Program-made: the position numbers and the translations under genes
Notes under the pieces: generated by a model
Told to the model about the DNA's origin: nothing
Seen by the model: the letters and a program-made list of their open reading frames with translations, nothing else
Databases searched by the model: none
In this document: positions 11,847-25,097 of the stretch, piece after piece
Layout of the letters: each line of letters begins with the position of its first letter
Position numbering within the stretch: the first letter of the stretch is position 1
NCBI RefSeq assembly: GCF_000143415.4
Contig: NW_003314378.1
Location: forward strand, 198,110 to 262,109
Origin: Selaginella moellendorffii
Taxonomy: Eukaryota; Plantae; Lycopodiophyta
Reading direction: 5' to 3'
DNA length: 64,000 nt

Positions 11847-14487
11847 TCACATTGACAGCATCTCCATCATCTGGACAATGGCAGCCATGGACGGCCTCCT
11901 GCTCGGATCCTGCGCAGTGCACAGCAGCCCGATCCTGAAAACCTGCATGATCTCGGCCTCTGGAAACGAGCTCATCTCATGGTCCAGGCACTGCAAGCCC
12001 CGCCCCTGCTCGAACGCCGCCTTGGCATACTCGCACAGCACCACCGCGTCCGTCTCCAAGTTTTGCACGGGCCTCCTCCCGGTGACCAACTCCAGCAGCA
12101 CCACCCCAAAGCTGTAGACGTCGCATTTGTCCGTCAGCCTCAGGTTCTGGACTGCCATCTCCGGCGCAACGTATCCCACCGCCAGCTCCAGCTTCCGGTC
12201 GGTCATGTACGTGTCCAGCTTCGGCAAAAGCCTCCGCAGGCCATAGTCCGAGATGTGAGGCTCAAACTCGTCGTCCAGAAGGATGTTGGTCGACTTCAAG
12301 TTGAAGAGGAGGACCTGTGGCCTGCAGTCGTGGTGAAGGTAAGCCAGCCCCCTCGCGGCGCCCAAGGCGATCTTGAACCGTCTCCACCAAGGCAATGGTA
12401 GCTGGCCTTCCATGCGCTGGTGTAAGTGATGGAAGAGACTGTCGTTGGGGAGGTACTCGGTTAGCAGCAGCTTTGTTGGAGGAGACCAGTAGTATCCTTC
12501 CAGCGTCACCACGTTCCTGTGCTTTACGTTCTTGAGGATCGCTATTTCCCGCTCGAAGGCCTCCTGGCTGGTTATCTGGCCGAGACTAGAGAGCTTCTTC
12601 ACAGCGAGTGCCACTCCGCCATCCACCACGGCCTTGTAAACAGTCCCCAGTGGTCCATACCCGATCACACAGTCCTTGTCTACAAGAGCTTTGGTTCCTT
12701 CCTGCCAGTTCTCGTACTTGGACGGGATGTTTGGGTTGAAGAGGACGAGCTTGCCGATCACACCTGTGCTCGAGTCTGGAGAAGGCGGAGTGCTTTCGTA
12801 GACGAGCACTTCAGCGGGAGTCTTCTTTGGCCTCGTCAAAACCTTGATGTTCAAGATGACGACGATAAAAACACCCAAGGCGACGAGGATTGCGGCGACG
12901 ATGGCTGCTATGGTGTAAGGTGTCAAGACGTGTGTTTTCCCACCACCTTCGAGCGTCGGCGATAATGCTGGTCCTGGCCAAACCATAGGAGTGCACCTCA
13001 GTGACAGCGGCGGACCACACAGAAACGTATTGCCAATGTAAGAGCTCCTGTCAAAACGCTGTAACACGCCCCGCCTGGGTATGAATCCAGTTAAGTTGTT
13101 GTAGGAGACGTTGAAGAGCACCAGATGCGACAAGTCACCCAGTTGGATAGGAATACTTCCGGTAATGTTGTTGAAAGAGAGATCCAGCCGCTCTAAGTGA
13201 GTTAGCCTTCCAACCTCGGCGGGAATAGAGCCCTGTAGCATGTTATGGCCAAGAAGGAGTGTCTTCAAGTATGTCAAGTTGTTGAGACTTCGCGGAATGG
13301 TACCACTAAAATCGTTGCTGGAAAGTTTGCTGGAACAAAGAACCATGGTTTAGAAAAAAACACATGAAGGAAGACGTTGAGCTACGTACAGTTCAATTAA
13401 GAACCTCGCCTGCGTTAGAGCTTGTGGAATACTGCCGTGCATGGCATTGCTGCTAAGATCCAGGCTGACCAGGAATGCGAGCTTCCCAATGGCATCGGGA
13501 ATCGGAGACGAAAACCTGTTGTGTGATAAGTTGATGAGCGATAATTCCTGACACTCTCCGAAGTTGGAAGGAATAGGACCTTCGAAGCTATTGTAAGACA
13601 AGTCCAGGACCTGCGTTCGAGAAAAGAAATTAAAAAGAGTAGAAGACGACATTGGCACCAGCAAATGGGACCTTCATTACCTCGAGTGATCGACACCCAT
13701 CATCACCTTGCCTGTCCGGGAGCCCACCGCTGAAAGCATTCTTCGAGCCATTGAGGATATCGAGAGAAGGAAGATAAAGAACCTCTGATGGAAAATCCCC
13801 CGAGAGCGAGTTCTCTTGGATAAGCAACAAAAGCAGCTCGTCCAAGAAAGCGATCTCCGCCGGCACGCTCCCAGTGAGCCGGTTGGAACTAAAATCCACA
13901 AACTTCAAGGATCCGCAAGAGCCCAGAGCCACTGGCAGGCTCCCAGCAAGCGCATTGCCTGACAGGCTCACGAATCTCAGCTTGGAGCAATTCCCGAACA
14001 GCTGCGGCGGGATCGCGCCAGTGAGGAGATTGGAGGAGAGATCGAGCATCCGGAGCCCCGGAATCTTGCCGATGGAGGCCGGGATTGTGCCGGCGAGCTC
14101 GTTGCTGCTGAGATTTAGCTTCCAGAGGCTCGAAATATGCGAGAGCTGCGAGGGAATGCTGCCTTTGAGGAGATTGTTGGAGAGGGAGAGCGTCCGCAGG
14201 AAAGGGAGGCCGCTGAGCGCCGGCGAGATGGTACCTGCGAGGCCGGCGCCATGGATCAGCAGCTTCTTGACGCGATTGTCATCGTCGCAGAAGACCCCAG
14301 TCCAGCCGCATGGATCCTCATCCGCCGCATTCCAGCTCGTGAAAATTCCAGTGGGATCCTGCGTAATCTGCATTCGAAAGGCCATGAGAGCGATCCCTTC
14401 CTCGTTGAGAGCTCGCGCCTGGAAGGCCGCGACGAGCACGACCAGGAACTCGATCGCAAGAATCCGACATTGCTGCCCGATCGACAT
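11847..14487 (-). CDS. LRR receptor-like kinase (LRR-VII-like), 3 exons
   Basis: Signal peptide, LRRNT ([10 protein letters not shown]), LxLSxNxLxGxIP repeats, TM helix and kinase with [17 protein letters not shown]; introns near 13330-13388 and 13612-13680. Confidence 0.92.
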
Positions 14488-14702
14488 TCTCACGAGACCC
14501 GGCCCACCGATTCATCTATCGCCGGGCGCCTCGAGCCGGCAATCCTAGAAACCCTACCCAAAACCCTACGCGCGGCCCCCAGCTCTCTCCTCCCGTGTGG
14601 TGCGTCCCACGCCATGGCTACAAAGCTCCAGAACACCAAGTCCGTAATGGCCATGGCCCAAAGTACGAAACACCACATATTTTACACGGTGGGAATATAA
14701 TG

Positions 14703-14859
14703 ACGTGGCAGCATGCTGTATGATGTGGCAGAGTGGTGCGTTACGTGGCACGGGGGACATTACTTTTTTCCCGTGTGAAAACTTGCGCGCCGGGGCTATG
14801 ACATGGCCAGCTAGGCAGGGAGGAGGACCGTTGGCAGTTGCTGTTGGAATTTACGTGGC
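14703..14859. promoter_or_regulatory. ABRE/G-box cluster (3x ACGTGGC) upstream of the LRR-RLK
   Basis: ACGTGGC at 14703, 14743 and 14853. Confidence 0.45.
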
Positions 14860-15131
14860 AGGTATGGGTGTCCATTTATTCGATCGTCCATCAATCAATG
14901 ACTCTCGGCACATATGTTACATCCTATCACCTTTGCTTGATTAAATCTCAGCCTTGACAGCAAAAGATACCTCGTCCCAAAGGTTGTAGAAAGTAAACGA
15001 TTGCATATATATGAACCACTTTACACTATCATAAAAATCGTACTTTGAATGTACAAACAAACCACAGTGGTGGAACTTGTGGTCGCGAATTCCATCGCGA
15101 TTTTTTGCTTCTCCATCTTCGTCATCTTCTT

Positions 15132-16784
15132 TCACTGCTGCTGGAGGCGGCTGGCGATGGCGGACCTGTTACCACGATCCACAACGCAGGAGCAATGGAC
15201 GGAGGTGAGATTGGTGCATCCACTTACGTTGAGCGAGTGCCTCTCGGGGCAAGTGTGGAGCGCCGGGAAGGAGTCGCACACCGCCTGGACGGCCTGGCCG
15301 GACAAGGCTGTGCAGCCGCTCAGGTTGAGCGAAACCAGACCATAGCCATCCTGGTCGCTGAGAATGCACTGCACGTAGCTCTTGGTGGACGTCGTGGTGC
15401 TGCTGTCGTTGCTGCTCTGGAAGCTGCTGTTGCTGGAGCTTCCGCTTGTGCTGCAGCTCCCGGTGCTGCTCCTCGTCACGGTGCTTCGAGCGGTAGCGCT
15501 CTCCTGGTTTCCACTCCCGGATGGCGAGAGTTTCTTTTTGCCGCTGCTGCCTTGGGCCCGGTACTTTCGGCTGTTCACCAGCGAGTACATGGACAGATCG
15601 GTGATGTTCCTGCAGCAGTGCAGGCCGAGATATCTCAAGCGGTGGCACTTCTCGGCCAGTGCAATCACGCTCACGTCTGGAAAAGCAAAAGCAGAAAAAG
15701 ATAAGAACCGAAACAGAGAAACGACACGCGGGGTTTTTAAGCCGTGTCAGGCAGTCACCTGAGATAAGATGGCAACCACAGAGATCGACTCCTCGCAAGT
15801 CGGGACACCAAATAGCCATTGCCGATATTCCTTCGTCAGTGATTCTGTCGCACCAGCCGGCATTTAAGATCTGGAGCCCGACGCAGTTCTGCGCGAGAGC
15901 CTGCAGGAAGAACAGGAAGAAGTTAAGAAAAGGAAGCAAAAACAAGCTTTTGGTCGACTTACCTTCAAAGCGTTGTCCGACCCCGCATTGTCGCATCCGC
16001 ACAGGTTCAGGTGCTTGAGCTGTCGGCAGCTCTCGGCTAACTGGACGAGCCCGGCCTCAGTGATCCCAATGCAGCCACTCAGGTCGAGCTTCTGGAGCAG
16101 CTTGCACCCGTTTGCCAAAGCCACCAGGGACAAGTCCGTGAGCCTGGTGCCGCTGGACCTCCCGTTTGACAAGTCCAAGCTCGACAGATCGTGGCAGTGC
16201 CGCGCGATCGCTTGCACGGCCTGGTCGTTAAGTAGTGTGCATCTTCGCAAGTTGCAGCTCTGCAAGCGGTAGAACTTGTAGGCCACGGATTGTACAAGCA
16301 TGCTCACACTCTTCCCACACCTGTGGATAAAGAACACGAAAAAAAAACGAAATGAGAACCCCAAGGATTTCCATACGTTAACACTACGTAAGAGTTGAGA
16401 AAAAAACGCAAAAAAGAGAAAGCGAGCTTACCAAGAGAATGAAAGCTCCAGGATGCCAAGAGACAAGGCATCTCGCCAGCCAGTGCACACGCCAGAGGCC
16501 ACCAAAACCGTGCGGTGGTCGACCAGCGCTAGTATCCGCACCAGGAGCTCCATGGGGATGTCTTGCCACTTGGAGTCGCCGACGAGCTCGTGAGCCTCGA
16601 AGACGGCGCTGTGCTTTAGGACCAGCTTCTTCCACTTGTCCCTCATAAACTGCGGTGGCGATTCCATCTCCTCGTCCTCGGTGTCGCGGAAGAACTGCGA
16701 CAGGCCTCCAGAGGCGGGGTAGAGTCGGGACTTTTGCTTCTCGTTCATCTCGGCGGTGGTGGTGTGATGAGCGTCCATATCCAT
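15132..16784 (-). CDS. SKP2: F-box/LRR protein, SKP2A/B-like
   Basis: F-box WQDIPMELLVRIL..ASGVCTGWRDA; AMN1-type LRRs; C-terminal VQAVCDSFPALHTCPERHSLNVSGC; probable 5'UTR intron upstream. Confidence 0.88.
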
Positions 16785-17718
16785 ATCACCTGCAAAGAGG
16801 AAACAAGAGAAATTAATCGTGAGGATCCATCACAAGAAGAAGAGACCCTTTACAAATAGAAAGAAAAAATAAAAAAACGAGCAAAGAGACCACGAGCTAA
16901 GTTTCGTCAAGACAGCTGCGTAGCTGCCGCTGACAACATATTCTGTGTTGGCATTTTGAAAAATAAATCCAGTCATACGTAACTTACAAAGATGCCAGAA
17001 AATAAAATTAAAGAGTAAAAAGAAAAAAAAGGAAAAAGACCAAGGCGACAGGAAAAAGCGGAAGCGAGGAAATCATCACAGAGAAAGCAAACAACCAAAA
17101 GCCCTCAATCGATAAAAACCTAATGGATGAAACACACATACCTCGCGAATTCGATGATCGCAAAACCCGCGCGTCTCATTCCATACCCTTGACCGATCGA
17201 TCAATCGATCGCGCAAAGAATGCCGTCGAAACAGTGGTACCTGGGCGAGCGCTTCCGAATCGATCCAAGACCCTTCTTTCCCTTTTCCTTTTTTTCCTTT
17301 CCTGCGCGAAGCAGTGGCCGAGAGGATCTAAAAACAAAAACAAACAAAATGGTCTCCCAGCAAAAAATTGCCAGCCGCAGATCCAAAGCATCAGAATCTA
17401 GTCACGCCAGCACGTGGCCCTCGCACAGCCGTTGGATCCAGCATCGTTGTCGTCTGACGCATTACTTTGTTTCACGCTATCGCGTCGATCGAGGCGAGCA
17501 TTGTTTCCCTTCGGCCCTGGAAAAGCTCTTGGTCCAGCTCCACAAGGAAAAGAAAAATGGAAAAACGAAAGAATTCTTGCTCCTTACCACGAAGAACTGA
17601 CGAGATTTACACAAGAGCTTGGGTATCGATCTCTATCCAAGCTCTGTATCAGCTTCTGCAAACCAAAAGCCTGGCCACTGTTACTACAAACGAGAGCTTC
17701 CTTGTCAAATCCACTTAC

Positions 17719-20603
17719 TTACACAGCGGGCTCCTTGAGCTGGAAAACTCTCGCAAGTTCTCGGGCCTTCTCGGGCTGGTTTAGAGAGAGTAGCATCTTC
17801 CGGACGGCCTGAGCGAGGGCCGCCACATCGCGCTTCTTCAGCTTCTCCAGCGTCCGTCCCAGGCTAATTACGTGCTGGATAAACGCACCAAGCTCAGGAC
17901 TGCGTAAAGAAAAAGAAGATAGATAGGCATAAAGTTAGCTACACGGAAAAAGTGGAAGAAGAAAAGGTAATAGTATACATACCACATGTCTTTAACGCCA
18001 CTGCTGATCCACGTACCGTGTAGAGCCACAAGCACCGTCTCGGTTCTCGCGACAGCGTCTTCAGGCGCAAGCACGCGGAGGTGTGGAAGAATTCTTCCGT
18101 TCAAGAGCTCCTCTAGTCCCAGCTGGTTCAGCTTAGACAGGGACAAAACATTCTTCCAAAGTCCGATGTTCCGTAGCAGTTTGATAGAAAGCCTGAACCG
18201 ATACTCCGCAATCTCGGCAGCCTGTTCCACGGCCGTTGTAAGTTGAGCACTCCAAGTAGGAACCTGAATGTTTTTCGAGGTCACGGTTAGATCGTCCACA
18301 GTACGAAAACCAATTATTACCTCCACTTCGGAGACAGCTGCTGCAATCCTGCTTCGGACTAGTGCGACCAAATCAATGAAAGCGTCGCTGGTTGCTGGCA
18401 CGTACACCGAAATCTCCTGGACGGCAGCAACGGCGTTTCTTGTTTGAGTCGTACTCAATCGGTCCCAGCAGTGTCCAATGTAATGATGCAATAACGGGAG
18501 CGCCACCCTCTCTACCAAACTTGGCACCAAGTCGGAGTCATCGTACTCGCAAAGGAGAGAATGCCTGGAACCAAAGAAAATCGTTTCAGCGAGCAGAACA
18601 CCACACAAGAATTACCTTACCATTTCATACTCTCAAATCCTGCACTGTCACGAAGAGGATCCCATTTGAGAAGCTCCAGTCGGACAAACGGTGCAAATAT
18701 GGCAGGAGCACTGAGCGAGACATAAGCATCCGTGTAGGCCGCTGGATACTCTCGATGCCACTCTGTCAGCCTGTTCTTTACCATCTCGAGTTGGGAGTAT
18801 TCTTCAGACGCGTCGCTGAAAATTCTCTCCGCAGTCTCCAAAGTTTCATCCCGACCAGAACCGAAAGCCATTTCGTTGTCGCTCTCGTCACTGGAACACT
18901 CCTCTGAGGAGGTCTTGGCAAGAACCCGAGATATCCGGCGCTTCCTTGCACTGGCTCTCGACTTCATTTCCATGCGCTTTTGGAGGCTCGTGTCCCTTCC
19001 AAACTCGTCCAGTTCCGGAGCAATGCCATTTAAAGCTGCAGCCGCAGCGGCCTGCGTAGCAGAGGAGGCATGAGCCGACGCTGTCTGTATGCTGCCACCT
19101 CGGGTCAAGACAGCCATAGCCGCTTCAATAGCCGAGTCAAGTTGCACTTTCTCATCAGCACCATCCAGTATCCGTCGTTGAAATACTGCATCCGCACGTT
19201 CCTCATGAAGCTTTTGCATGTGCTCCTCAAGTTCTTCAATCAACGGACTCTTGGCCTGAGAAGCAGCGTAAATACATGCACGACAAAAGAAAAACAGTAC
19301 ATACCTGTAAAAACGCGCATAGTGTTGACACAAAGTCTCTCAGTTGTTGCATGTAGATGTACTTCTTCCCAGCCGACGAGAACTTTTCTTCTAGCATCGT
19401 GATACTAGCAGCAGAAGAAGTTAAGTTCTGTTCCACCGAGTAAAGATCGGACTGCGTCTTTGCGTGAGATTCCTGTAGCCGCTTTAAGCCTTGCTGCAAG
19501 GCGAGCATGGCTGACTCTGCCTGCTGATCCAATGTAAACGTCGGATGCGCTACAAGCGGCCTGCTTGGAACCTGACCATAAGCACCACCGGGCAAGAGTG
19601 GAACACCTCTGCTGGAAGGATCCTCAACTCTCTTTCCAACCCCTTTCTTCAGCTGCTCTTCCTCCCACATCTTCTCCTCGTCTTCTTCTTCCACGTTCTC
19701 GACGAAATCAAACACGCCAGCTTTCTTTCCATTGTCCTTGTGGCCAATAAAAGTGAGCCTCCCTCGAACTTCCTCGGCCTCGTCGTCGCTAGAAACAGCC
19801 TCGTCTTTCTTCAACACCACCTCCGGAGCGTCACGAATCCTCGACCGAAAGTCGGCATCGCTGGACGATCCAACAGGGATATAATCCGGAGCACTGTGAG
19901 CAATCCTCTTCCGTTCCCGCTGTGCCTTGGCCGCGGCGATGGCAGCAGCGTCAGGAATCAGCCCGTCAACACCACCGAAAGCAGCTTCCATCACGGCATC
20001 CACACCATCCTCTGGCGGAACTACCGGCAACTCGTTGCTGCTGTTCACAAGCACGCTACTCTCACCACCTTCGTGAAGAACAGGCTTCAAAACTCCCTTA
20101 AGGATCACGAGAGGCTCGGCCGGAGGAGGCTTCGATTCCACTGGCAAAACCGGCTTGGCACCACCCAGCCGGATCGTGTTCTTCTGGAGCTCCTGGAGCC
20201 TCTCGGGAGTGTACTCCCCAGCTTGAGGTAAAACATTGGACACGGCTTGAGCTTTATCCTTGCCCGCCCCCATTGCGTGCCCCGAGCCATGGCTAGGCCC
20301 ATACCCTGATCTCTTGCGGCCCCGAGATGAATTTCCATCCTCCCCATCGAAGCTCAGCAATGTAGAGGAGGAAGCGGGCTTCCTGGGAGGCTTACCTCTC
20401 ACAGCATTCCTCTTCCCTGCCGTGGCCGCGATGCCGGGCGATGGATCATCGGCCTCCTCCGCCGCCTCCTCCGCAAAGCTCAGCAGCTGCTTCCTCCCAG
20501 GCTTGGACGCCGGAATCTTCTCCTTGAGGAGCTTCTGGTCGACCGGATCATCGTCGCCTGCTTCGCCATCGCCACGCTTCCGGAAATTCTTATTCTTGCT
20601 CAT
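17719..20603 (-). CDS. ILP1: GCFC-domain protein ILP1/NTR2/PAXBP1-like (spliceosome disassembly)
   Basis: SNVLPQAGEYTPERLQELQKNT, WEEEQLKKGVGKR, YIYMQQLRDFV, DEFGRD and PFVRLELLKWDPL; final exon ends FQLKEPAV*. Confidence 0.88.
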
Positions 20604-20610
20604 CCTCCCT

Positions 20611-20624
20611 AAACCCTAACCCTA
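20611..20624. promoter_or_regulatory. Telo-box (AAACCCTA) next to the ILP1 start
   Basis: aaaccctaacccta; similar motifs lie near the starts of PhoD (~355), RLK (~14548), MDH (~22363), UMPS (~24439) and NUP1 (~60419). Confidence 0.55.
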
Positions 20625-20765
20625 TTTGAGTATATCAAAGCATATTCCTAATATCAAAGCTGGGAATCAGTCAAGCATATTCTAATATCAAAGGTTTAGC
20701 ATATCGAATTTATTCTTTATCAAATGTCTGCCAAAAATCTGTCAAAACTTTGCCTCGAATGGTTC

Positions 20766-22332
20766 CTACACGGACGCCGCGGCTGGTTGCTTGTTAACGA
20801 AATTAATTCCCTTCTCGATGCTGCCCTTGAGCTCTGGAACCAAAGCCTGGAGAGCTTTCTCCTCGTACTCTGTCAAGCCCCGGATGTCCGTGTGGACGAA
20901 TGCCTCCACTCCATCCTTGCCCAGCTTCACTCGCGACGCGAAGAAGGGGAGCTCTTGCATCACCTGGACAGATCCAAGGAACAAGAGGTAAGAGGTTTTA
21001 ACACCGGAGTCCCCAAAAGTTTCAAATGCTTACATCCGACTTGACGTAAGTGCACTCGTAGACATCAGCGTCGCCGTCTATTGCACGAAGGCAAGACTCC
21101 GCAAAACGAGCAGCAGCATAAGCCTAGAACAAAAGAGAGTAAAGCGCTGAAAAAGAAAAACAAGTACCATCGACAAAGTCGCAGAGCCTGCTCCAGCCTT
21201 TGCCTGTTCGAAATGAAAAACGCGAAAATACTCGTCAACTCTCCAAGTGCGGGAAGAAATTCTCAGTTACCTCAACTACTTCTGTGCCAGCGTTTTGAAT
21301 CCTCACTGTCAGCTTCTCGATCTCCTCTTGCGTGAACTCGGTTTTGGGGCGTGTCTTGGACAGCAGCGGAAGAATGGTGATCCCGGCGTGTCCACCTACG
21401 ACCGGAACATCCACATCAATGAGCCTCAGAGTCTTCTGCTGGGCTACAAAAGTGTTTGCCCGCACAACGTCGAGAGTCGTCACACCAAAGAGCTTCTTTG
21501 GATCGAACACTCCCTTCTTTTTAAGAACCTCAGCAGCTATGGGCACGGTCGAGTTCACGGGATTGCTGATAATGTTGATCCAAGCCTGCCACAAGGTATT
21601 CAGTACATTTCATCCTTTTCTAGAGAAAAAAGACGAACCTTGGGTGCGTAATCTGCTGCTGCCTCGACAAGTGTCTTCACAATACCAGCGTTGATATTGA
21701 AAAGATCATCTCTCGTCATTCCTGGCTTTCGAGGAACTCCAGCAGGAATGATGATAAGATCTACACCCTTGAGTGACTCCGCGAGCTCCTCAGCTCCAGT
21801 GTAAGGCGTCACCTAGGAAAAAAGTTAGTTTTTTTTCGAAGAGAACGCGCAGAAACCTCGTACCAGTGATGGTGTGTTACAGTGACTCAAATCTGCAGCC
21901 ACGCCCTTGACGTTGGCAATATCGTAGAGGTTTAGATGCGAGAGCAGCGGCGACATCTTAAGCAGTAGAGAGAGCGGCTGCCCGATTCCTCCACCAGCTC
22001 CCAGCACGGCCGCCTTGTACGTCGCGGCAGCTCTGGGACGAACATCGGCGTTCCTGGCAGCGACAGTCACAAGGGGCTTGTGATTCCTCAGCGAAATATC
22101 GTGCATGTCGCCGCGGAAGAATGCGGCCTGCCGGCATTCTCCACTGGATTTCATGCCGATGAAGCTCTGGAATGCGGGCCTGGCAGGAGACACACAGACA
22201 ACACACAGATCCATCGATTTCGCGAGACCAAGAGCCGAATTACCTGCTGGAAATGGAAGGAGATCCGCCGGAGTGCTTCGCGCTCATTGGCGCCTGGACG
22301 AAGCTCGCTGTCGCTGCTGCCGCCGCGGCCAT
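20766..22332 (-). CDS. MDH: NAD-dependent malate dehydrogenase, plastid type
   Basis: Ala/Ser-rich transit peptide [11 protein letters not shown]..; [45 protein letters not shown] and [10 protein letters not shown]. Confidence 0.95.
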
Positions 22333-22554
22333 TGGTCCGAGAACACGAAAGAACGAGCGCCCAAACCCTAAGCCCTGTCCCTCGCACACAACCAAATGGT
22401 TATAACTTTAGTTCACGACACAAGGTCCAAGCATTATTTCAAGGAAATAGCATGGCAAAACAAAGCCAAGGGAGGTGGTATATGCTTGGATCAAATTCTT
22501 TGGATTGGGACAAATCAACAACAACCAAAGTTTCGCCTGCTATTCTTTTTTCTT

Positions 22555-24427
22555 CTACGCAGCGGCGATGCTTTTCAGGTACGCTTGCCACCCAGCGTTT
22601 CTATACTCGCGAGAGGCCAAGGCAGGATTTTTGGCCTTGATAATTCCCCTACCAACGATGATTATATCACTCTGTCGGTCAGCAATCACCTATAACATCC
22701 ACAGGAAGATTAGCAAATCAACGAACAAAAGAGAAGAAACAAACGAGCAAAGAGAAGAACCGAACGAGCAAAGAGAAGCAACGATCGAGCAAAGAGAAGA
22801 AACGGACGAACAAAACAGAAGAAACGAACGAGCAAACAGAAGAAAACTCTTACATTTTCAGGAGTGTTGTACTGCTGCCCAAGATCATCGCCCCCGGCGC
22901 TCATCTGCACTCCGGGAGTCATGTGGATGAATCCGGGATCCGCAGCTTGAGCCCACGCAGCAGGATTTATGGAGATGAATCCCATGACGAAGTCTGGATT
23001 GTCCGCGGCCATTTTTTCTGCTGCTGCTGTGTACTCGCCCTGTGCTAGAGTTCCTTTGGAGCTCATCTCGGCCAGTAGCAGCAAACCCCGCCCCTTCGCC
23101 AGTCCCTATAGCCAACAAAAGACGTAGAGTTTACCGTGACTGCTTGAAACTTTTTGGGACTTGTAAACCTTGAGCTTGAGACCGTCAATGATTCCAGGGC
23201 CAGGCACTATGTGCGCGTTTGTGATATCCGACCAGTCCACAATCTTAAACGGACCTCTACAAAGAAAAACTCTGCTTTGAGTACAAAAACATCAAAAGTA
23301 AAAAGGATTGTATCTTACCCCTCGTACTGCATAGAAACCGTGTTGCCGATATCAGCAAACTTCCGGTCCTCAAAGATCATAAAATCGTGCTTCTCCGCAA
23401 TCTGCAAACACACATTTTGTATATCAGAGGCCAAAAGGACACGAGAAGGAAGAAACAATAGACTCACCGCACGAAGCTTGACTGTGAGCTCCTCGCTAAA
23501 ATCCGAGAGCACATCAACGTGCGTCTTGAGCACGCATATCTCAGGCCCGACCTGTATGACCATCACAAACCTTGGATTCAGTGACAAACAAAACAAAGAA
23601 AGACAAAACGAACTCACAGCGTCGGCGAGCTTGAGAAGCTCCTCGGACGTCGCGACGTCCGCCGCAACACTCAAGTTACTCTTCTTCCGCTCCATGAGCT
23701 CCAAGAGTTTCTTCCCAGCAGCATTCTGCGCGAGCACGGCCCTTTCTCCATACGCCAACCTCTTTGGCTTCTTGGCGGCGACAAGAGAAGAAGCTCCAGG
23801 AGGATTTGCAGGAAGCTCCGCCCTGTTAGATCGAACAAAGCTCTTCACGGACGCCGCCACCTCCTCGCTCACTCTCCCATGCTTCACCAGAACATCCACC
23901 GCGTAGCTCAGAGTGATGGCGGAGTGGAGCCTCAATCCATGCTTGCGAAGGTTGTCGCCGCCACCCTGCTCTCTATCGATCAACACCACCACGTCCGAGA
24001 CCTTAAGCCCGGCGGCGGTGAGAGGCTCCACGGTCTCCAGCACCGATGCGCCGCTCGTCACTAGATCCTCGATCACCAGGCACGACTGGCCGCTGGAGAA
24101 GAAGCCCTCGATCGCCTTGCGGGTGCCATAGTCCTTGACCTCCTTGCGGCGCATCACCATTGGCACATTGTGCGCGAGGGAGATGCACGTCGCGATGGGC
24201 AGCGCGGTGTAGGGGACGCCGCAGATGAGGTCGAACGGGGCGGCGGGGGCGGCGGCGGCGGACCAGAGCGCGGCGGAGACCTGGCGGAGCAAATCAGGGT
24301 AGGAGACGATCACCCGGAGATCGATGTAGATTGGCGAGATGATGCCACTCTTGAGCTTGAACTCGCCGAATTTCACCGCCTCCGCGTCCGCGAGCGCAAG
24401 GACCAGCGCCGCCGCCTCCTCCCGCAT
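22555..24427 (-). CDS. UMPS: Bifunctional UMP synthase (OPRT + OMP decarboxylase)
   Basis: [51 protein letters not shown] and DIIIVGRG; ends KSIAAA*. Confidence 0.96.
22720..22847. repeat. ~21-bp minisatellite (~6 units) in the last UMPS intron
   Basis: Units like aacgagcaaagagaagaaccg. Confidence 0.85.
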
Positions 24428-24520
24428 TTCTTCCTCCTAAACCCTATACTTCACCTTTTGATAGCATCAAACGTCTTGTTCGTAGATTCGCCCATCGGCG
24501 TTAGATGATCATACGCCGGA

Positions 24521-25095
24521 TCACCCGACCTGGACGAGTGCCGCCCACGACACGGCGTTCTTGTCAGTGATCTCCTCGAATGCCGCTATGGAATCGTCGA
24601 AGCTCTGGCAGTGGGCGTACATTCTCACAGCACGGTGGATCGGTCGCCAGCAATCGCGTACATTGCCTTCCCAGATCCAAGAACTTGGGATCGCAGCACG
24701 CCGAGAGCGCAGTGGCGATCGTTGCAGCGTCCGGCAAAACCTGATCGAGCTCCACGAGCTCTTGGAAGAGATCCAGGCACTCGAGATGCCAGCCATTGCG
24801 GGCATACGCAGCAAGCATGGCATTCAACGCGCTTGCTCTCGATTTTTGCCAGGAATTCCTTCCCCAGCATGCTGATGCACAAGATCGAAATCGATCGATG
24901 CGAGAATTCGCTGGTGAAGATCCAATGCCCAGGGCAGCCCCAGCCAGAGCACGCGTCCACCATAGCCAAGAACGTGACCTTGTTTGCGCGAACCCCTTCC
25001 AGATCCATCCGCCGGAACGCTACCATCGGTTGCAACGGATTGCCCATTCCGGGCAAATGCCGCGATGAGGATCGTCCAGGACATTGCAATTGGCG
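24521..25095 (-). pseudogene. Frameshifted PLS-PPR relic
   Basis: SWTILIAAFARNG, FRRMDLEGVRANKVTF, NAMLAAYARNG and FEEITDKNAVSWAAL lie in different frames. Confidence 0.8.
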
Positions 25096-25097
25096 AT

